DNA of 64,000 bases, taken from assembly GCA_963765765.1 (NCBI GenBank), contig CAVXYC010000030.1, forward strand, positions 224,001 to 288,000, written 5' to 3'. Positions 20,022 to 30,769 of this stretch are shown one piece after another (the first letter of the stretch is position 1; each line of letters starts with the position of its first letter). The DNA comes from an uncultured Chloroflexia bacterium. GTDB taxonomy: Bacteria > Chloroflexota > UBA6077 > JACCZL01. The notes below the pieces were generated by a model. The model saw nothing but the letters and a program-made list of their open reading frames with translations. It was not told where the DNA came from and ran no database searches. Both the position numbers and the translations under genes were made by a program.

Positions 20022-21008
20022 TTAGTTGAGGTAGTCCTCGCGCCGGACAAGACCGTTGACTGGCTCCCCCTGGAGAAAACGTCGAATGTTCTGGGCGGCA
20101 ATGCGGCTGGAGTGGCGCGCCAACCCCGGAACAGCGGATGAGTTGTGCGGCGACCCCAGGAAATTTGGCGAATCGAAGAACGGGTGTTGGATTTTGAACT
20201 CACCGTGGCGCATCGGTTCGACCCACCACGCGTCGATTGCGACCTGAAAATCTGGGTGTGCGGTCATGTGCTCGTAGAGCGGCGTCTCTTCCACGTGCGC
20301 TGCGCGAGCGATGCTCACGAGAATGGCGTCAGGCTTGAGCCAGCTCAGCCGCTCGGCGTTGAACATGCCGCGGGTCGCATTGTTGTTGGGAATAGAGATG
20401 ACCACGATATCGGCCGCTCGCACCCCTTCCTCGAGGTTATCTAATGTGCCTGACCAGTCCACGGGCTGATCGGTCTTGCCGCTCCGAGTGATTGCGTAGA
20501 TCCTGGTTCCAAAGCTCCGCAGAATGCGCGCCGTAGCCTGGCCGATTCCGCCAAAACCAATGATCAGCGCCGTGGAGTCGCGCATTGATTTGTTGAGCTG
20601 ACCCTGCGGGAAGTCGCCTTTAGCGAGGGCCTGGTGGTTCGGCACAATTCGCTTCGCCAGAGCGAGGATGAGCGCCACCGTATGCTCAGCAATTGGCTCG
20701 GCAGTGGAGCCCGCGTTGCTGGCAATCGTGGCGCCCTTGGGGAGACGAGCAAATGGCATGAAGTCGACGCCCGCGCCGTGCTCTTGAATGAATTTCACGT
20801 CGCCAAGCATCTCAATCTCACCAGGCCGCAGCTCCGCGGCCATGCGCCGACCGAAGAACACATCGGCGGAGCGCAGCGCTCCCTCACGGTCGCCATCCGC
20901 AAGATCGTTGATATAGCTGATCTTTGCGATGTCCCCGAGAACTTCAGCGAGCGATTCGCGCTCCTCAGGCTTTGGGGTGAAACCGACGACGATGTGCGGC
21001 TCGGCCAT
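20022..21008 (-). CDS. D-isomer-specific 2-hydroxyacid dehydrogenase
   Basis: IAEH, GFGGIG, SIARA, GSPHNS. Confidence 0.9.
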   Translation of the reverse strand: MAEPHIVVGFTPKPEERESLAEVLGDIAKISYINDLADGDREGALRSADVFFGRRMAAELRPGEIEMLGDVKFIQEHGAGVDFMPFARLPKGATIASNAGSTAEPIAEHTVALILALAKRIVPNHQALAKGDFPQGQLNKSMRDSTALIIGFGGIGQATARILRSFGTRIYAITRSGKTDQPVDWSGTLDNLEEGVRAADIVVISIPNNNATRGMFNAERLSWLKPDAILVSIARAAHVEETPLYEHMTAHPDFQVAIDAWWVEPMRHGEFKIQHPFFDSPNFLGSPHNSSAVPGLARHSSRIAAQNIRRFLQGEPVNGLVRREDYLN

Positions 21009-21072
21009 GGTGTGGTCCTCCAACTGTTGCTTTGACTGTAGGCGCGGTGCGAGGTCTGGATCAAACGACTCG

Positions 21073-21163
21073 GTTGGTAGTGTGGAATTTATTCCGCCGA
21101 TTCCCGTGAAAGTGCTTAGAGAATTCGCAAGAGGACGGAAGGAATAAATTCCGCACTACCAAC
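21073..21163. repeat. GTAG-tagged REP doublet (family C, GTAGTGCGGAATTYATTCCGC)
   Basis: Inverted units at 21073-21098 and 21137-21163. Confidence 0.88.
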
Positions 21164-21667
21164 GGAGATATCACGCTTTTGCTGCGAATTCTCCGAGCCC
21201 ATGTATCGCCGCATGCGCGCATCCACCTCCTCGGCGGTAAGCTCCTTGCGGACGGAGGCGAGTGCCCACACGTGGCCGAACGGATTGCGGAGCTGACCGT
21301 AGCGATCACCGAAGAACGTATCCATCAACGGCATGGCCGCGGTTGCGCTGGCGTCAACGGCGCGTTGGTAGACCGTGTCCACGTTGTCCACGTAGAGCTC
21401 GAGAATCGTGGAAGAGCCCCCAAGCATTTCGGCTCAGCCGGTGCCGGGGTGGGCGCCATCTGGCACGGATCCTACCGTGGTAATCAGCACCGTGGATTCA
21501 GCAATTCGGATCTGGGCATGGATTCCATTTCCACACGGGCATTGGGAAACGGAAGAGCACCGTGGCGCAAATGCGGTCGCGTAAAACTGCAGTGCACGCT
21601 CACCGTCGCTCACCAGCAGGTGCGGCGCAATGCGGGCTTCATTCGGTCGAGCCCCTTTGATGCACAT
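21116..21667 (-). pseudogene. VOC/PhnB-like glyoxalase with frameshifts
   Basis: IAPHLLVSDGERALQFY, HAQIRI, LYVDNVD, FFGDRYGQLRNPFGHVW split over frames. Confidence 0.75.
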
Positions 21668-21816
21668 GATTCGCTTCCTCCCGGCAGACGTGAGGATACA
21701 TCGTGCATGTAGTGAGCGCTCAAGCGCTCACGCTTAAGCCGTGCGCCCCCCGCGAGCGCATCGCTTAAGATGCGATGAACGCTGTCAGAGCGAACAACCC
21801 GGCGGGGGAGTGGGTC

Positions 21817-22599
21817 ATGGATCTGGAGATACAGGGCAAGGTAGCTGTTGTCACTGGCGCAAGCGAGGGTATTGGACGGGCCACATCGCAGATGCTGGCG
21901 CGAGAGGGCGCCCATGTGGTGATGTGCGCTCGCCGTACGGATGTTCTGGAGTCAGTCGCTGAGTCGATTCGTGAGCAAACGGGCGGGTCGGTGTTGGCGG
22001 TTGCTGGTGACGTGCGTCGTGGTGAAGACGTCGAGCGGCTGATCAATCGCGCCGTGGAGAGCTTCGGCGGCCTTCACATTCTCATCAACAATGCCGGCAC
22101 CTCCGCCGCTCATCCGTTCGACACTGTCGACGACGCCGCCTGGCAGAACGATCTGGATCTGAAGCTGTTCGCGGCCATCCGTTCCATACGGCTGGCGGTG
22201 CCACACATGCGCGCGGCCGGTGGCGGCGCCATAGTAAACATGCTGAATACGGGCGCGAAGGCCCCGGCGGCGGCGTCCACCCCTACGTCGGTCACGCGTG
22301 CCGCGGGCCTTGCGCTCACCAAGGCCCTTTCCAAGGAGCTCGCAGGTGACAATATTCGCGTCAATGCCGTGCTCATCGGCTTGATCAAGAGTGGTCAACA
22401 CGAGCGTCGAGCAACGACGCGCGGGATCCCGCCGGAGCAGCTCTATGAAGAAGAAGCTGCGAAGCGGAACCTGCCCATGGGGCGCTATGGTGAGGCGGAT
22501 GAAGCCGCGGACCTGGTGGTGTTCCTGAGCTCTGCTCGCTCGAGCTACATCACCGGTGTCGCAATCAACATGGACGGCGGCGTCTCTCCGGTCGTTTAG
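21817..22599 (+). CDS. SDR oxidoreductase (atypical active site, TxxxR)
   Basis: VTGASEGIG, NNAG, SYITG...DGG. Confidence 0.9.
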   Translation: MDLEIQGKVAVVTGASEGIGRATSQMLAREGAHVVMCARRTDVLESVAESIREQTGGSVLAVAGDVRRGEDVERLINRAVESFGGLHILINNAGTSAAHPFDTVDDAAWQNDLDLKLFAAIRSIRLAVPHMRAAGGGAIVNMLNTGAKAPAAASTPTSVTRAAGLALTKALSKELAGDNIRVNAVLIGLIKSGQHERRATTRGIPPEQLYEEEAAKRNLPMGRYGEADEAADLVVFLSSARSSYITGVAINMDGGVSPVV

Positions 22600-22623
22600 C
22601 GGGCCCTTTGTTCGTAGCGCTCC

Positions 22624-22720
22624 CGTTGGCAGTTCAGAATTTATTCCGCCGTTTGCTCGCTATCGTTGCAGCTCGTATGCGCAAGTGAAACAACGGAATA
22701 AATTTCCGTAGCACGAACGG
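22624..22720. repeat. Degenerate family C REP doublet
   Basis: gaatttattccg...cggaataaattt inverted pair. Confidence 0.7.
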
Positions 22721-22723
22721 AAG

Positions 22724-22787
22724 TGAATCCTGGCACGATTCTCGCGAGGCGCTGGTCGCCGTCTTGCGAGAATCGTGCCAGGATTCA
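22724..22787. repeat. 28-bp inverted repeat hairpin (repeat element or terminator)
   Basis: tgaatcctggcacgattctcgcgaggcg pairs with cgtcttgcgagaatcgtgccaggattca; 2 mismatches, both G-U compatible. Confidence 0.8.
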
Positions 22788-22925
22788 TTTCGGGCGGTCT
22801 TGTTAAGATGAGTGCGATATTCTTAATGGAATCATGGGAGACGACGCCTGCGGCGGGTCCCCTTTATTCGATTATCTGTGGTGCGGTTAGTCATGCCCGG
22901 GCATGGCGGCTAGTTGAGGCGCTGA

Positions 22926-24461
22926 GTGAGACATCCCTCGTTTGATCTGCACCGTCCGGGCCGGCGAGCCCTGGAGATTGCCACTGGATCAGTGGCGTGG
23001 GTGCTGATTTCTTCGCCCATCTGGGCAGCGTTCCTTGCTCCAGACAAGCTGGGCTACTTCCTCCTTCTGTTCAATAGCTACTGGCTTTACAAATCCGCAA
23101 CCACGGCAGTGTGCGCAGCCATTGGTTACCGTCGTCTGGGCTCGGCCCAGGCGACGGACTGGCTCGGGCTTTGTGAAGGCCTCGATGGATGGAAGCGCTT
23201 TCACCACCTTGTGATCATCCCCACCTATGGGGAGCCAACGGAAGTCCTCGAGACATCGCTGAGCTATCTCGCGCAACAGGATTACCCGGCTGAGAACATC
23301 TCGGTTGTGTTGGCCTTCGAGGCACGTGATCCGGATGCACGAGCGCGCTCCACCATGCTGCTGAGGCGGCACGAGGGAAAATTCGCAGGAATGTGGTCAA
23401 GCTTCCATCACGATCGCCCGGGCGAGGTTCGGGGTAAATCCTCCAATCTGGCATCTGCCAGTCGCTGGGCCAAGGAGCGGCTTGTGGATGAGCAGGGAAT
23501 CAATCTCGAGCATGTGCTCGTGACGATCTGCGATGCAGATTCTCGGCTCCACTCTCGTTATCTGTCGGCGCTCACGCATCAGTTCATAACTGACGCTGAT
23601 GGGCGGCGTCGTATCTTCCAGCCAGCGCTCATGTTCTACGCAAATTTCTGGCGCATCCCGCCGGTCGTCCGAATCATGGCCGGGCTACACTCCGTCTGGC
23701 AGCTCTCTCGCCTCGTGACGCCGTACAAGCTGGTCACGCAATCCACATACTCGCTTGCGCTTTCCACCTGTCATACCGTTGGCTACTGGGATCATGACGT
23801 GATTCCCGAAGACTCGCGCATGTTCTTCAAGGTGCTCTTCGCTCTGGGCGATGGCGTGCGAGTCAAGCCAATATTCTTGCCCGTATTCGCGGATGCGGCG
23901 GAGGGTCCGAACTGGTACCGCACGCTCATAAATCACTACCGCCAGATGCGACGTTGGGCATGGGGTGTCTCAGACGTTCCGTATCTGCTCTGGCGGCTGA
24001 TGCGCCGAACGGAGATACCACTCTGGCCGCGGCTCTCTCGGGTAGCGCTTTATACGGAAGAGCACATCTCGTGGCCCAGTCACTGGTTCCTGCTCACTCT
24101 GGGGGCCCACGCTCCAGCATTGCTCGCTCCGGCGTTTACGCTTTCTCCGCTGGGTCAGTCACTGTCTACGCTGGCGCAAGTTGCGCTCACTCTCTGTTTG
24201 CCCTGCCTGGCGGTGATGATTTGGATAGACAGTCGCCTCCGACCACCTCGCCTGGAGCCCTGTCCGTGGTGGCGAGACGCCCTGTCGGTTGCTTCCTGGA
24301 TCATGCTGCCCTTTGTCGGACTGATACTCACGGCTATTCCCGCGTTGGACGCTCATACCCGTCTTATTTTCGGGCAGTACCTTCAGTACCAGGTGACGGA
24401 GAAAGTCTCTGGTGAGGGCTCGCTAGTCCCTGACTGGTCGAGCGGGGCTGAAGCGGCCTAG
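22926..24461 (+). CDS. Membrane GT2 glycosyltransferase, processive type
   Basis: GKSSN, DADS, IPED, QMRRW motifs flanked by TM helices. Confidence 0.85.
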   Translation: MRHPSFDLHRPGRRALEIATGSVAWVLISSPIWAAFLAPDKLGYFLLLFNSYWLYKSATTAVCAAIGYRRLGSAQATDWLGLCEGLDGWKRFHHLVIIPTYGEPTEVLETSLSYLAQQDYPAENISVVLAFEARDPDARARSTMLLRRHEGKFAGMWSSFHHDRPGEVRGKSSNLASASRWAKERLVDEQGINLEHVLVTICDADSRLHSRYLSALTHQFITDADGRRRIFQPALMFYANFWRIPPVVRIMAGLHSVWQLSRLVTPYKLVTQSTYSLALSTCHTVGYWDHDVIPEDSRMFFKVLFALGDGVRVKPIFLPVFADAAEGPNWYRTLINHYRQMRRWAWGVSDVPYLLWRLMRRTEIPLWPRLSRVALYTEEHISWPSHWFLLTLGAHAPALLAPAFTLSPLGQSLSTLAQVALTLCLPCLAVMIWIDSRLRPPRLEPCPWWRDALSVASWIMLPFVGLILTAIPALDAHTRLIFGQYLQYQVTEKVSGEGSLVPDWSSGAEAA

Positions 24462-24470
24462 GCCTGAGGC

Positions 24471-24520
24471 CAGTGAAGAGTTAAGGGTGCAGAGCGCACA
24501 ATTGTCTTAACTCTTAACTG
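24471..24520. repeat. 15-bp inverted repeat (family F), possible terminator
   Basis: cagtgaagagttaag pairs with cttaactcttaactg, 14 of 15 matches. Confidence 0.6.
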
Positions 24521-24533
24521 CGGCAAGCCCGTT

Positions 24534-24550
24534 TTCATCCTGCTTTAATC
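24534..24550 (+). promoter_or_regulatory. Candidate OmpR-family direct-repeat box
   Basis: TTCATC-N5-TTAATC upstream of the response regulator; similar 11-bp-period repeats at 26721-26748. Confidence 0.4.
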
Positions 24551-24607
24551 TTTCTTTTCCTAAAATGCCTATGCCTGAAGCGTGTGTCGGCTAGGTGAGG
24601 AGGCAGG

Positions 24608-25285
24608 ATGCGCATTCTCGTCGCTGAAGACGAGCACAAGCTCGCGGCTGTCGTCCGACGCGGGCTGGAAGAGCACGGATACGCGGTGGATGTGGCCTAC
24701 GATGGCGAAGACGCGCTCGCGATGGCTGAGGTTGAGCCATACGACCTGATCGTCCTCGATATCATGTTGCCAGGCATCGACGGCTTGACCGTATGCCGAC
24801 GCCTCCGATCGGAGCGCCGCAATATGCCCGTGCTCATGCTCACCGCGCGCGATACCGTGGACGATCGCGTGGCCGGTCTCGATGCAGGCGCGGACGACTA
24901 CCTGGTAAAGCCATTCGCCTTCCGTGAGCTTCTCGCACGCGTGCGTGCGCTGCTTCGCCGCGACGGACTCTCCAGGGATCCCATTCTGCGGGTCGGTGAC
25001 CTAGAGGTGGATACCGTAAGTCACGAGGTGCGTCGTAACGGCCGTCAGATCGAGCTGACAAGTAAAGAGTATGCGATGCTCGAGTACTTCATGCGCAATC
25101 CAAATCGAGTGCTCACGCGCACGCAGATCGCCGAGCACGTCTGGGACTACGACTTCATGTCGATGTCGAATGTCATCGACGTCTACGTCCGCTATCTGCG
25201 CCGAAAGCTGGGCGACGATCAAGAGCCGCGCCTCTTCCGAACAGTTCGGGGAACTGGTTACCAGCTCAGAGCCCCATCGGCGTGA
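24608..25285 (+). CDS. OmpR/PhoB-family response regulator
   Basis: [27 protein letters not shown]; GAGGAGG RBS. Confidence 0.96.
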   Translation: MRILVAEDEHKLAAVVRRGLEEHGYAVDVAYDGEDALAMAEVEPYDLIVLDIMLPGIDGLTVCRRLRSERRNMPVLMLTARDTVDDRVAGLDAGADDYLVKPFAFRELLARVRALLRRDGLSRDPILRVGDLEVDTVSHEVRRNGRQIELTSKEYAMLEYFMRNPNRVLTRTQIAEHVWDYDFMSMSNVIDVYVRYLRRKLGDDQEPRLFRTVRGTGYQLRAPSA

Positions 25286-26713
25286 GGCACATGCTCCGTC
25301 GAGCGCTTCGTCACCTGTGGACGATCCGAGCGCGCTTGACGCTCTGGTACGTGGGCCTGCTGATGCTCACGCTGGCCGCTTTCGCAGCCGTCCTTTACAT
25401 CAGCCTTACACGTGGGCTGCAGGAGGAGCTGGACCGTTCGCTCACCAGCGAGGCTCAGCGGGTGGTCAACGAGATTGATGTGCGCGGCGGCCGTATCGTT
25501 GCCAACTCCGCTCTCGACCTTCCGCCGCCAGGAATGATTGCGGTGGTCTATGACCTGAGCGGAGCGCGCTTGGCCGTGAACGATCCGCGCGTGACGCTTC
25601 CTGAGCTCGTGGAAGCGCTCCGACAGGCCGGACGCGGCGAACAATCCTTCAGCACAGTTCCTCTGGGAGGTGGCGACTGGCGGGTGTTCAGCACGCCTAT
25701 CCGGCTCAATGGCAACCTCATCGGCGTCCTTCAAATCGCGCGTTCTGAGGAGAATATCGCCCAGGCCCAGCGTCAGCTTCTCACGCTGATCGCGGTGGCG
25801 ATTCCGCTATTGCTGGTGCTTGCCACAGCCGTTGGGCTGTTCATCGCGGGGCGGGCCCTCAACCCGATCGATCGGATCGTGCGAACCGCGGATCGCATCG
25901 GCGGAGATGCCGTTTCAGAGCGCATCGATATCGATCGCACGTCCGGACGAGGTTGGACGTTTGGCCGCGACGCTCAACCGCATGCTCGATCGCATCGACG
26001 GCACGCTGGAGCGGCAGCGGAGATTCACGGCGGACGCCTCGCATGAGCTCCGCACGCCACTGGCCGCGCTGACCGCCGAGATCGAGCTTGCCCTCGAGCG
26101 TCCACGCACGACCGAGGAATATCAGCAGACGCTCCGCAGCCTGGCAGAAGACTCCAGTCGGCTCAATTTGTTGGTGCGCGATCTTCTGACGCTCGCTCGC
26201 GTCGACTCCGGCCAGGAGCGCCTTGTGCTCGGAGACGATGGAGCTGGACGACCTGACCGAAGGTGTCATGGAAACGCTCATGCCACTTGCCGAACAGCGC
26301 GGCATAAGACTGGAGGTCGGGAGTTATCAAACCCGTTGAGATCGTGGGGGATCAGACTCGGCTGACGCAGCTTCTGGTGAACCTTGTGGACAATGGGCTC
26401 AAGTACACGCCAGCCGGCGGCGTGCGTTACCGTGTCCGTTCACCAGGATGGGCCAGCCGCAATCATCCGTGTTAAGGACACCGGCCGAGGCATTCCGGCG
26501 CGTGATGTCCCGCACATCTTTGATCGATTCTATCGAGTCGATTCGGGGCGGGCTCGTTCTGATGGCGGCACTGGGCTTGGACTGGCGATCTGCGAATGGA
26601 TAGTGCGCGCGCATGGAGGCCAGATCAACGTACAGAGCGTCGAAGGTCAGGGCTCTACGTTTACCGTACGCCTGCCGATCCATCCACCGATGGATGCCCA
26701 GCCCACACGATGA
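25282..26713 (+). CDS. HAMP sensor histidine kinase with several frameshifts
   Basis: Two TM helices, [31 protein letters not shown] spread across frames. Confidence 0.88.
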
Positions 26714-26794
26714 AAATTCTCTCATCTTCTATTCCTCGAGCCTTCATCTTCGAGCTACACACTGTGAGCAGGAACGATGCGGAGGAGCACTTCC

Positions 26795-27951
26795 ATGCAA
26801 CAAAGTGTGATCGACAATCCATCAGAAACTTCAACACGACAACCCCTGCCTTCGCGGCCGTCGGTTCGTCGGAGTATGGCAGCCGTGGTTGCGGCTGGGG
26901 CCCTGGCACTTGGGCTAGTGGTGGGCACCGGCGGAGGGATCTTCTTCAGATTCCCGGCGCCGCCGTTCCAGCCCAGGCCCAGGCTACGAGTAACCCAAGC
27001 AGTGGCGCGATTGATCTCGAGCGGGCGCAGGTTGTGACCGCGGAGCGAGTGGGACCCGCTGTGGTGAGCATTCGCACCGATCAGGGTCTTGGATCAGGCG
27101 TCATCTATGACGGCGGCGGGCTGATCCTTACTAACGCCCACGTAGTGCAAGGCTCTCGAACGATAGCCGTTCGTCTGTCCGACGGGCGCCGCCTGGATGG
27201 TCGCGTGCTTGGCCAGGATGTCGGTTTCGACCTGGCGGTGGTGAAGGTGGATGCCACAGGGCTTCCAACCGCGCCGCTGGGCGACTCGTCCGCATTGAAG
27301 GTCGGTCAGTTCGTGGTAGCAATCGGCAATCCATACGGGTTGGATTCGACTGTGACGACCGGTGTTGTGTCGGCTCTGAATCGGCCGATCTCCGAGGGAC
27401 AGCAGAGCTATGCGCAACCGATGATCCAGACGAATGCCGCGATCAATCCTGGAAACTCCGGCGGTCCGCTGGTGGATCTCCAGGGCAACATCATTGGCAT
27501 CAATACGCTCGTCGCGGCTCCACAGGGTTATCCTGCTCAGGGCCTCGGCTTCGCGGTGCCGGTAGACACAGCGAAACGAGTCGCCCCGCAGCTCGCCCAG
27601 AGTGGCAAGGTGACCCAGAGCGGCCAGCCGTATCTCGGTGTCTCGGTTGGTGATGCGGGACCCACACCGCAGGCTTCTGTGCGCAACGGCCGAACGCCTG
27701 CGCCAGCGGCGGACGCGACGCAGGGCGCGCGGCTCCAGCGTGTGGAGCCGAATGGACCCGCTGCTAACGGTGGATTGAAGGACGGCGACATCGTCACCAA
27801 GTTCGACGGCAAATCCGTGTACAGTGGCGACGACTTCCTTCAGAACCTGGTGCTGAAACGGCCTGGAGACAAGGTCACTGTGGAAGCCAACCGCGGCGGT
27901 CAGACGGCCTCGTACACAATCACGATTGGAGAAGCACCGGCCAGATCATAG
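26795..27951 (+). CDS. htrA: HtrA/DegP-like serine protease with PDZ domain; frameshift near 26950
   Basis: TNAHV, DLAV, GNSGGPL catalytic triad; TM anchor and GGAGGAG RBS in the upstream frame. Confidence 0.9.
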
Positions 27952-28029
27952 AGGAGCCCTTCCTTTCTGACCCCGCAAGCGCATTTACCAAGCACGGAGC
28001 CCTCTTCGCACGACGATGAGAGCTCCGTG

Positions 28030-28566
28030 CTACGTTTGCGGAGTGTGTGGGGGCGGTGCGAGCTGCTCCAGCAGCTCAATTTGGCGATGCTGGAATGAGA
28101 GCAGCTCTTCCCATTGCGCTTGCCGCAGAGCGTCGATCTTGGCATGCAGGTCCTCGATCTCCAGCTCGGCCTTCAAATTGACCTCGTAGTCATGCTCTGC
28201 CTCAAGACGATCCTTGGCCGCCTGCCGATTCTGGCTCATCATGATGATAGGAGCCGCGTAGGCTGCCTGGAAGCTGAGCGCCAGGTTCAGCAAAATGAAC
28301 GGATATGGGTCCCACTGTCTGACCCAGCCAGTCACATTGAGACCTACCCACACCACCAGAATCGACGATTGAACGATGATGAAGCGCCAGCTTCCCATGA
28401 TCGCGGCAAAGCGATCGGCGATGCGCTCACCAGTGGTGATCTGCTGAGCATGATGGATGGCGACATTCTGAGCGACGCGACGACCTCGCAGTCGCAGCAG
28501 CATGTCGGTTTCCGCCGCGTTGAGGCGTTCCAGTCGATCTCGTATCCCCGCGGCTTGAGCGTGCAT
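28030..28566 (-). CDS. DUF1003-family membrane protein
   Basis: GSWRFI, WDPYPFILLNLALSFQAAYAAPIIMMSQNRQ. Confidence 0.9.
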   Translation of the reverse strand: MHAQAAGIRDRLERLNAAETDMLLRLRGRRVAQNVAIHHAQQITTGERIADRFAAIMGSWRFIIVQSSILVVWVGLNVTGWVRQWDPYPFILLNLALSFQAAYAAPIIMMSQNRQAAKDRLEAEHDYEVNLKAELEIEDLHAKIDALRQAQWEELLSFQHRQIELLEQLAPPPHTPQT

Positions 28567-28702
28567 TGAGTTGGAATACCTCCTGCAATCGGTGCGAGCA
28601 AGTAGGATGGTACTGACCAACGGCTAGTTGCAATGCAATTTCCTGAGAACCGAGTTGCCGCTACGCCGACGGGACGCCTGGACTCGGAGCCGGAATCAGC
28701 GC

Positions 28703-29926
28703 CTACCCTGGAACATCGGCCTGGATGAGCTGATCCAGCCGTTCAACGGCAGATCGAGGGGTTCCCATGAACTCGAGAATGAGCTCTTGGACACGCGATC
28801 CGGAGACTCCCTCGATCTCGAGCTTTAGCTGGTCGGCTTCGGAAAGAAATTCACGGTCACTCATGGTGGCTATGAACGCGGAGCGCATACCCTCGAGCGT
28901 CTGCGGCTCCATGGCCGGTGGGGCGGCGAATGACCGCGACCAGGTAAATGGCCGTTGGGCAAGCGCCAGCATCTGCCTCGCCTCGACGCTCTTGCCCTGC
29001 ATCAGGTCATCGGCAGTAGGCGCGCGTGCTGCCAGCGGGTCGGCGATTCGGCCGCCACCAACTTGGACTATCGGCACCAGGTTCCCTGCCTTGAGATCAT
29101 CGGCGCGGAGGACCATCAGTGAGCCCCATGAAATAATCATTCCGTCTACGTCACCACGATCCATTGCCAACAGCGATTCCGCGCTGGCGCCGAAGCCGAA
29201 CACCGGCTGAAGCTTCCAGCCCATCCCTTCACGGAGCACGATGTGGATGATGTGCGGGCCGCCGCCCGGGTCCGTGTGCGCTAGCTTGATTTGACGGTTT
29301 TCGAGCTGCGGCCCATCGGTGACGCCCGCCTGCTTGTGCAAAACCATGACCTGCGTCTCAACCGCGGCGCTTCCCAGGAACCCGAGTTTCGTCACGTCAT
29401 AGCGGACACCTTCCTCGGGCCCCTCGCCACGGAGCTGGTAGGTCGGAATTGAGCGTTCGATGAGACCGAACGTTAACCCGTCTGGGCGGGCCTGATAGAT
29501 GTAATTCGCGGCGATACGATGATTGCCGCCGGGCATGTTTTGCACGATGACATTGGGACTACCCGGCAGATGTCGGCCAATGTGTCGTGCCACGATCCGC
29601 GCCCACGTATCATTGCCGCCACCCGGATTCTGTCCCACCACGAGGCTCACCGTCTTGCCCTGCCACACCGAGGCCAGGGCCGGATCGGCCGTGGCGACAG
29701 CGGCTGCGGGAGACGGGGCAGGTGAAGCGGCGGGCGATGCGGCCGGCGCGGCAGCGGGGGATGCGGCCGGCTTGCTCGCGGGCGACTCGACAGGATTCGC
29801 GGGCACTGTTGTCGGCGCCACGGGCTTTGTAGTGCTGGTTTGTTGAGCCGGCGCGGGCCCGCAGGCGACCACTACCGCCACCAGTATCGACGACAGGCAT
29901 GAGAGCGTGTTGCGATTGATCATCAC
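28703..29926 (-). CDS. TctC/Bug-like tripartite tricarboxylate transporter binding lipoprotein
   Basis: Lipobox VVAC, Ala/Pro linker, PGGGNDTWAR, QNMPGG, PDGLT. Confidence 0.85.
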   Translation of the reverse strand: MMINRNTLSCLSSILVAVVVACGPAPAQQTSTTKPVAPTTVPANPVESPASKPAASPAAAPAASPAASPAPSPAAAVATADPALASVWQGKTVSLVVGQNPGGGNDTWARIVARHIGRHLPGSPNVIVQNMPGGNHRIAANYIYQARPDGLTFGLIERSIPTYQLRGEGPEEGVRYDVTKLGFLGSAAVETQVMVLHKQAGVTDGPQLENRQIKLAHTDPGGGPHIIHIVLREGMGWKLQPVFGFGASAESLLAMDRGDVDGMIISWGSLMVLRADDLKAGNLVPIVQVGGGRIADPLAARAPTADDLMQGKSVEARQMLALAQRPFTWSRSFAAPPAMEPQTLEGMRSAFIATMSDREFLSEADQLKLEIEGVSGSRVQELILEFMGTPRSAVERLDQLIQADVPG

Positions 29927-30093
29927 GGACTGCTCCTCTGTGTGGCGGACGTCTTCGCATCCTCGACTTCGGCACGATAGGCCGATCGCCGCATGACGTC
30001 AATTTCGGATGATCGCGTTGACATCAACCTGGTCGCCGGATAGTGTGCAAGACTCTGGCGGCTCACGGAAGCTCGTTTTCTCAGGAGGCATCA

Positions 30094-30735
30094 ATGCGGT
30101 CAGCGGAATTTCCGATCATCCCCAGCAAGACGGCAATGCTCTTCTTCGACACGCTCAATGGCGGGCTTCACCCGAAAGACCCGGCGGTGCAGGAGGTCCT
30201 GGATGCATCGGGGTACATTGCTCGCTTGCAGAAGATCAATCGCGCCTGCCGGGAAGCTGGGATTACGATTTTTTACACCCGGCCAGAGCACCGGCCGGAT
30301 TTGAAGGACTGGCCGCGGACAATCGTTGACCTTGGCCACCATGGCGAACCGGGGAGTGGGCCGCGATGGTCCGCCGATCCGGGCTCGGTAGCGGGTAGCT
30401 GGGAAGCGCAGGTCATCGAGGAGATCGAGCCACGCCCTCAGGACTACGTGATCATCAAGCATCGCTGGAGCTCGTTCTACCAGACCCATCTGGAGCTGAG
30501 CCTGCGCACGGCCGGCATCGACACCGTCATGTTGGCCGGCGGTGCCACTGAGGTGGGCATCGCCAGCACAGCCTATTCGGTACGTGACTGTGGCCTTAAC
30601 CTGATTGTCCTGCGTGATGCCTGCCGGTCACCAAAGGAGGGCGTAAACGACTTCTTCATGGACCGAGTTTTCCCGATCTTTGCCCGTGTGAGAACGGTGG
30701 ACCAGGCGATCGCGATGATGGAGAAGAGCGCGTAG
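30094..30735 (+). CDS. Isochorismatase/cysteine hydrolase family
   Basis: FFDTLN, KHRWSSF, GGATEVGIAST (usual Cys replaced by Gly), DAC. Confidence 0.85.
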   Translation: MRSAEFPIIPSKTAMLFFDTLNGGLHPKDPAVQEVLDASGYIARLQKINRACREAGITIFYTRPEHRPDLKDWPRTIVDLGHHGEPGSGPRWSADPGSVAGSWEAQVIEEIEPRPQDYVIIKHRWSSFYQTHLELSLRTAGIDTVMLAGGATEVGIASTAYSVRDCGLNLIVLRDACRSPKEGVNDFFMDRVFPIFARVRTVDQAIAMMEKSA

Positions 30736-30769
30736 AGCGCACTCTTGAGATTCCTGCCATTTAAGCGCG

